In this document: one piece after another, positions 59,073 through 64,000 of the stretch
How the letters are laid out: each line of letters starts with the position of its first letter
How positions within the stretch are numbered: the first letter of the stretch is position 1
Origin: Lingula anatina
Lineage: Eukaryota; Animalia; Brachiopoda
Direction: 5' to 3'
Length of the DNA: 64,000 bases
Assembly (NCBI GenBank): GCA_051362555.1
Contig: CM120643.1
Span: 28,276,848 to 28,340,847, forward strand
Position numbers and translations under genes: made by a program
The notes under the pieces: generated by a model
What the model was told of the DNA's origin: nothing
Databases searched by the model: none
Seen by the model: the letters and a program-made list of their open reading frames with translations, nothing else

Positions 59073-60935
59073 GTAACGGATTTTATGTTGGTACTTCAGT
59101 CCGTACAGTGTTAAAAGGGATTCGTCATTGTTTTAAAGGTTCAAATTCAAGAAACAAACTGCTGATGTAAAAAGGTTCAAAATGTTTATTAAAATCCAAC
59201 AAAATGCAATGTGGTAATAATGCCCACTCTGATATTCAGTTATTGTCTTTAAGTCCACGTTAAATATGTGTCCTTTGGATATATTCAGTTAATGTCCAGT
59301 TGTAGTTCTGCATAAACTTCCAATCGGTGGGAGACTGTGACAGCAGTGGCTCCTCTTCTACCGGCCCACAGCTACAAGTGCCAACGCGGTGCGCACCTTT
59401 GGGAGAGTCTAAGCGGTAGACTTCCCTCCTTCAATCAACGACTTAGGGTGCTGGTACGGCGCACACCCTCGGGACAGCTTGCTTCCCGTTTTCCAACCAG
59501 CCACTTGCCTAGAGTTCCGACACGGCCCGGACTCTCCGACCAATCACCTACTTAGCGTTCTGTCACGGCAGAAACCCACGGGAGAGCCCAACTTCCCGTT
59601 CTCCGTCCAGCCACCTGCTAAGGGTCCCGACACAGCGTTAACCCTGCGACACCAACCAACAGCTAAGGGTCCCGACTCGGCGTGAACCCTGCGACACCAA
59701 CCAACTGCTTTTACTACCGCCCCAGTGAACCTGCCAGAGAGAACAAGTCCTCTCAATCGGAACCTCGAGTGTAGCTCTACTGCGTCTGGGAATCTTCACC
59801 CAACGAGTGCTTGGCAGCGGAAAATGGGGTGGATGGTGGCTCTTACCCAGGGGGTTTTTGGACAGGGAGAGAACCACTGCTAAACGTGTTTACACTCACG
59901 TGTAATTACCGTTTAAACCCCCTTTACACTGGACGGCGTCATTTCTGCGTCCTTTGTGCGACCATGAAACTGGCCAGGACGCCGTCGGACGCTCAAAGAA
60001 CGCACAGTGATCGCCAAGGTCGCACAAAGAACGTTCAAGCATCGCCCAGGACGCCATGGACGCCGCGAAGTTTTGAGCATGTTCAAAACAATCGCAGAGA
60101 GAACGCGATGGAGGATGGTCGCTCAATGGACGCAGAAAGGACGCACAAGCATCTCCGTGGTCGCAGAGAGGGCGCACATATTTTGCCTTTTTTACAAGAT
60201 GCATTAATTGTCAGAACGTTTTGCAGAATGCGTCATTTGAAAACGGATTCAAATATTCTATGTTCTGTCAGTCACACCTTCTCGTTTTCAGTGCCTGTCC
60301 ATCCTTCTAATAAGAATAACAATGAACATCTGGCTGATTATCAGTCCATGCAGAACTTACATCACAATAGTTTAAAGCGTTTATTCCCATTTATTTGTTT
60401 TGTGTAGAAATGTTCTTTATTGGACGACCTGGTTAGAACCGATGAAAAAATATGAGTTAGAATATAGAGAAGGACGCCCAAACAACGCTCAAGCAGGATG
60501 CAGAATGATCGTAGAATAGACGCCACTGATCGCCGATGAAGATACAGAAAACGCAGCAAGGGGACGTACAGTGGAGGCAGGCAGGTTGCTGGCAGTTTTA
60601 CAGGTAAAATCAAGATTCGGTCGTTCAAAGAACGCACAAGGGACGCAGACGCCTTTACACTGAGACACGATTTAATTGCTTTGGCGACCGTGGAGCGTCC
60701 TGACCACATTTTTGAACGCAGAAGGGAGGCAGAAAGGACGCAGATAAGTCGAGTTTTCTGAAAATCTTCTGAATCTCCGCAATAGATATTTACAGGGCTT
60801 ATTACAACAGCACTGGTACATTGAAAAGGAATAAATTATACATTAACTAAGTTTAAATATTCAGCGCATGAGTCAAATGCACTTAAAGGCACTTTTTTCT
60901 GTGTTCACAATAATTTAATTGAAATTTTCATTACA
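59072..60935 (-). mobile_element. Solo-LTR-like insertion in the (TAA)n tail, containing a MITE at ~59913-60750
   Basis: TGTAA..TTACA ends, ataa on both flanks; internal tandem gctaagggtcccgac..ccctgcgacaccaacc; MITE IR tctgcgtccttt / aaaggacgcaga. Confidence 0.5.
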
Positions 60936-60950
60936 ATAATAATAATAATA

Positions 60951-61450
60951 ATGATTTCCCCGCTCCCACAGAAAATAATTTGGTGTTACGCTATGTGGCA
61001 GCATTTATACAAAGTCATGCTGCATGGTCCAGTCAAAGTTATTACGTTTGACCAAGGCATTCCTTCCAATATCCAAGATGACGATTTCTTTGATCCTGAA
61101 GTGAACAATCTCATAGTATTCGACGACCTATTTGCTGAGGCAGTGGTTGATAGCAGAATACGCGACCAATTTATCAAAGTGTCACATCATTCCAATGTCA
61201 GCGTCATAAATATTAACCGAAACCTTTTTCCCAGAGAGAAGGAAGCGAGAACAATATCCATTATTTCGTACTCTTTAAAAACCCCAGGGACACATTGCAG
61301 GTCCGAACACTAGTATAGCCCAGCAGATGTATCCCGGTGAGGTAAAAGGTTTCCCCCGAGTTTTTAAACAAGCGACCTCTCCTCCTCATGGCTACATCTT
61401 CATCGATCTAAAGCAAGACACTCCAGATGACAAGCTTTTTAAAAGAAATT
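60951..61450 (+). pseudogene. Polinton/Maverick-type (A32/FtsK-like) DNA packaging ATPase, frameshifted remnant
   Basis: KIIWCY..WQ..LIVFDDL (Walker B)..SHH.NVSVI..NLF..RTIS..FKNPRD..QMYP..AT..PHGYIFIDL. Confidence 0.75.
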
Positions 61451-61525
61451 ATTTCATCTGGGTTACAAAACTTAGAAAAGTTGATAAGCTTGACTTTATT
61501 TGCCATTTGATACGTACGAGATATT

Positions 61526-62355
61526 GATGATTTTTCAAAATTCAAGATGGCCGTCAATTTGTTATATGAATAGCGAGAGCCATACATTCAGATAAAAAAA
61601 AGTTAATGCTTCACTCCATTGTTTATCATTGCATATTAATGTTGACTAATTAAAATGTAAAGTGAAAAAAGTGCAGTAATAAGAAAAACTAGAAATGCTG
61701 TTATATACTGATGAAATAGTCTTACACGTGTGTCAATCTCAATAAAAAGAATGGGAAGTTTTAAAGCTAAATTTTATGTACATACTGAGTAAAGTTATGA
61801 TCAAAATATAAAATCAAAATATTAAAGTATGATCAATATAAAAACAAAAACTAATAAGGTTAATATTTTGACAATAGTTAAATTAAATTACAATCCACCC
61901 ACCCACCCCCCTCCATCCCCACCAACGGACTTGGTTGGACTCCATGTAAATATAAGAGTCCCGAATGCAGATTAACATTTTGGACTCCCTGTGCCCCAAA
62001 TCCTGCAGAAACCCCTGTTGGGCCTTGATAAAATGTTCATCAGACTGAGCCTGTATTAAAAAGAGAACTTACGTAACGGCTAGTCCAATCAATGATCCTC
62101 TTTTGTAGAGGTATAACTGCACCTTACACGTACAATTTGTCAATAAATAACAGGGTTAGATATATTTTATTATACGCCGAATTATCAGTTTAAAACGTAA
62201 TTTAACTGCTTTATTTACCTTTATGGGCATTGAAGTATGGAATACCATGCACTTTAAACCCGTCTCTTTGCTTTTTTACATAATTATTTATTTATAATGT
62301 AATGATATAATATTTTTATATTATTGACGGCCATCTTGAATTTTGAAAATTGATC
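61526..62355. repeat. Inverted repeat pair, probable MITE
   Basis: ttcaaaattcaagatggccgtcaat / attgacggccatcttgaattttgaa. Confidence 0.5.
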
Positions 62356-63201
62356 AGTGTTCCAGATGTAGCCACTGCCAAGAAAGCCCAAATTAAACTG
62401 GCTTTTATACCCACCAAAGTACTAAATTATTTTAAAAATTACAGGGAATAACATTCTAAGTATTTGACTATGGGACCCGGGCAAGTAGCAAACAGACTCT
62501 CGGGGGTATTGAAATGTCAGATAAGCTTATTCCGAGAGTCTAGGGTCATGACTAACAAAATATCATAATTAACATAAATATAAAAAGCGGATATGGTTTT
62601 AATAAAACTAAATATGCAAAAAACGAACTGATGCCGCAGCTTTTATCAGTTTCTGCCTTATTTTTTGACGGCCATTTTGTTTCTTTGCTAGGTGGTACGC
62701 GCATAAGCGTATTCACTAGTACTGTTGTGCTCTCCTGATAGGATACACGTTCAAAAAAGCTGTCAATAAAGTATATCCGGTGACTTCTTGTCGTTTTTCT
62801 ATATTTCCTCATAAATTGACGGCCATATTGAAAAATGCTCATTGTCTCGGAAATAGCAACCAAGCTAATGTTGCTTCACACGGCCTGAAGAATGCATATC
62901 AGCAAAAAAAGTTTACAGGAAGGAATATTGCAGGGTTCGACTATGAGGCCTTTGGGAGTGGCGACTCGACTATAACTATTTGTTTACCCGCTTATCGATT
63001 CAACCCAATAATGCACTGAAACAAACTTCAGTGCAAGCGCACTATTACCTATTAGATGGGACGCAACGGAAAATCAAAACAGACAAGATAGGATTTTCAA
63101 AAACAAAGAAAAATGATGAAATATTTTAAAAAATTAAATACACAAGAAAAAAATAAGACTGTAAAAAAAGAAAAAAATTGAAAGCGTAAGCCATAGCTAC
63201 C

Positions 63202-63238
<37 letters not shown>

Positions 63239-64000
63239 AAAAAAGCAATCCACCCACAATCCACCCACCGCTGGTAAACCTGGCGTATATTTCTTACTAC
63301 TATTATGATTGTCAGACCATATCGCTATATCGACTTTCATGGATTATTTCGTATTTGCTCTGTTTGAGCTTACAGGGGGTATCAACAGGAAACCGAGAAA
63401 ACGATCACTTTTACCCTTTTACCCGCGTCTTCGGTGAACTCAGCACCCCCCCCCCCCCCCAAAATAAAAAAAAATAAAATAAATAAAAATAAAAATAAAT
63501 AAAAATAATAATAATGCCTTGTTGACAGCTGTAGTAACTGTTCATTAGACGACCTAAACATTGCTGAATATCTTACATGTCCCTGGAAGTGATGAAATCT
63601 GGAGAGATCCGGCAAAAATTCAAATCTCGAATCTTAAAACAAAGCAATAATTTTACACATTTAATTTATGGTTTCAAGTCCCGTTAGTCGCTGTAAGCAT
63701 ACTGCTTATTTTTAGGTATTCTAATTTCACACTTATCTGTATTATCAAAAATCTTGTTGGTCCTCCGGCTTCATAAGCGGTCGGATGTCTGCATTTGATG
63801 TAGCTTATTCAGCTATCTTCACGCTCGGCTGTCACCTTGATTGGATAGTAAACGGTTATCGTAAAATCGCTAAATGATATTAAAACCGGGTGCATAAACT
63901 TGAAAACCACCTAGGACAACCTTAGACTGCCACATCAATCCAACACAATGCAAAAATAAACTATAACAAGTGGTTAAAGCCTTCAAACCGAATGTCGTAA

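Noticed and set aside
59337-60709. ORFs of 70-198 aa
   Set aside because: Fall in GC-rich LTR/MITE repeats with no protein motifs

Overview
Eukaryotic (invertebrate metazoan, AT-rich, intron-containing) DNA, not prokaryotic. The backbone is a + strand gene for a secreted scavenger-receptor cysteine-rich (SRCR group A) protein: signal-peptide exon 780-852, two broken EGF exons, then seven SRCR domains each split over two exons (2607-46288). All 14 SRCR exons are in frame, giving about 779 aa if the EGF remnants are skipped. A tandem paralog starts at about 53.2 kb with a signal exon and an intact EGF exon. The introns are packed with nested mobile DNA: a young full-length APE-RT LINE (6565-13241, RTEX/CR1-like) whose ORF1 carries an N-terminal HPD-less DnaJ-like domain, a coiled coil and an SGNH esterase; a near-intact BEL/Pao LTR element (33986-40859) inside a Helentron/HINE-like element; decayed L1/Tx1 copies; two Tc1/mariner copies; Harbinger/Kolobok-type MITEs; THAP and P2X7-tail-like remnants; and a fragmented Polinton/Maverick-type packaging ATPase. 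All calls come from reading the sequence by eye; no searches were run.
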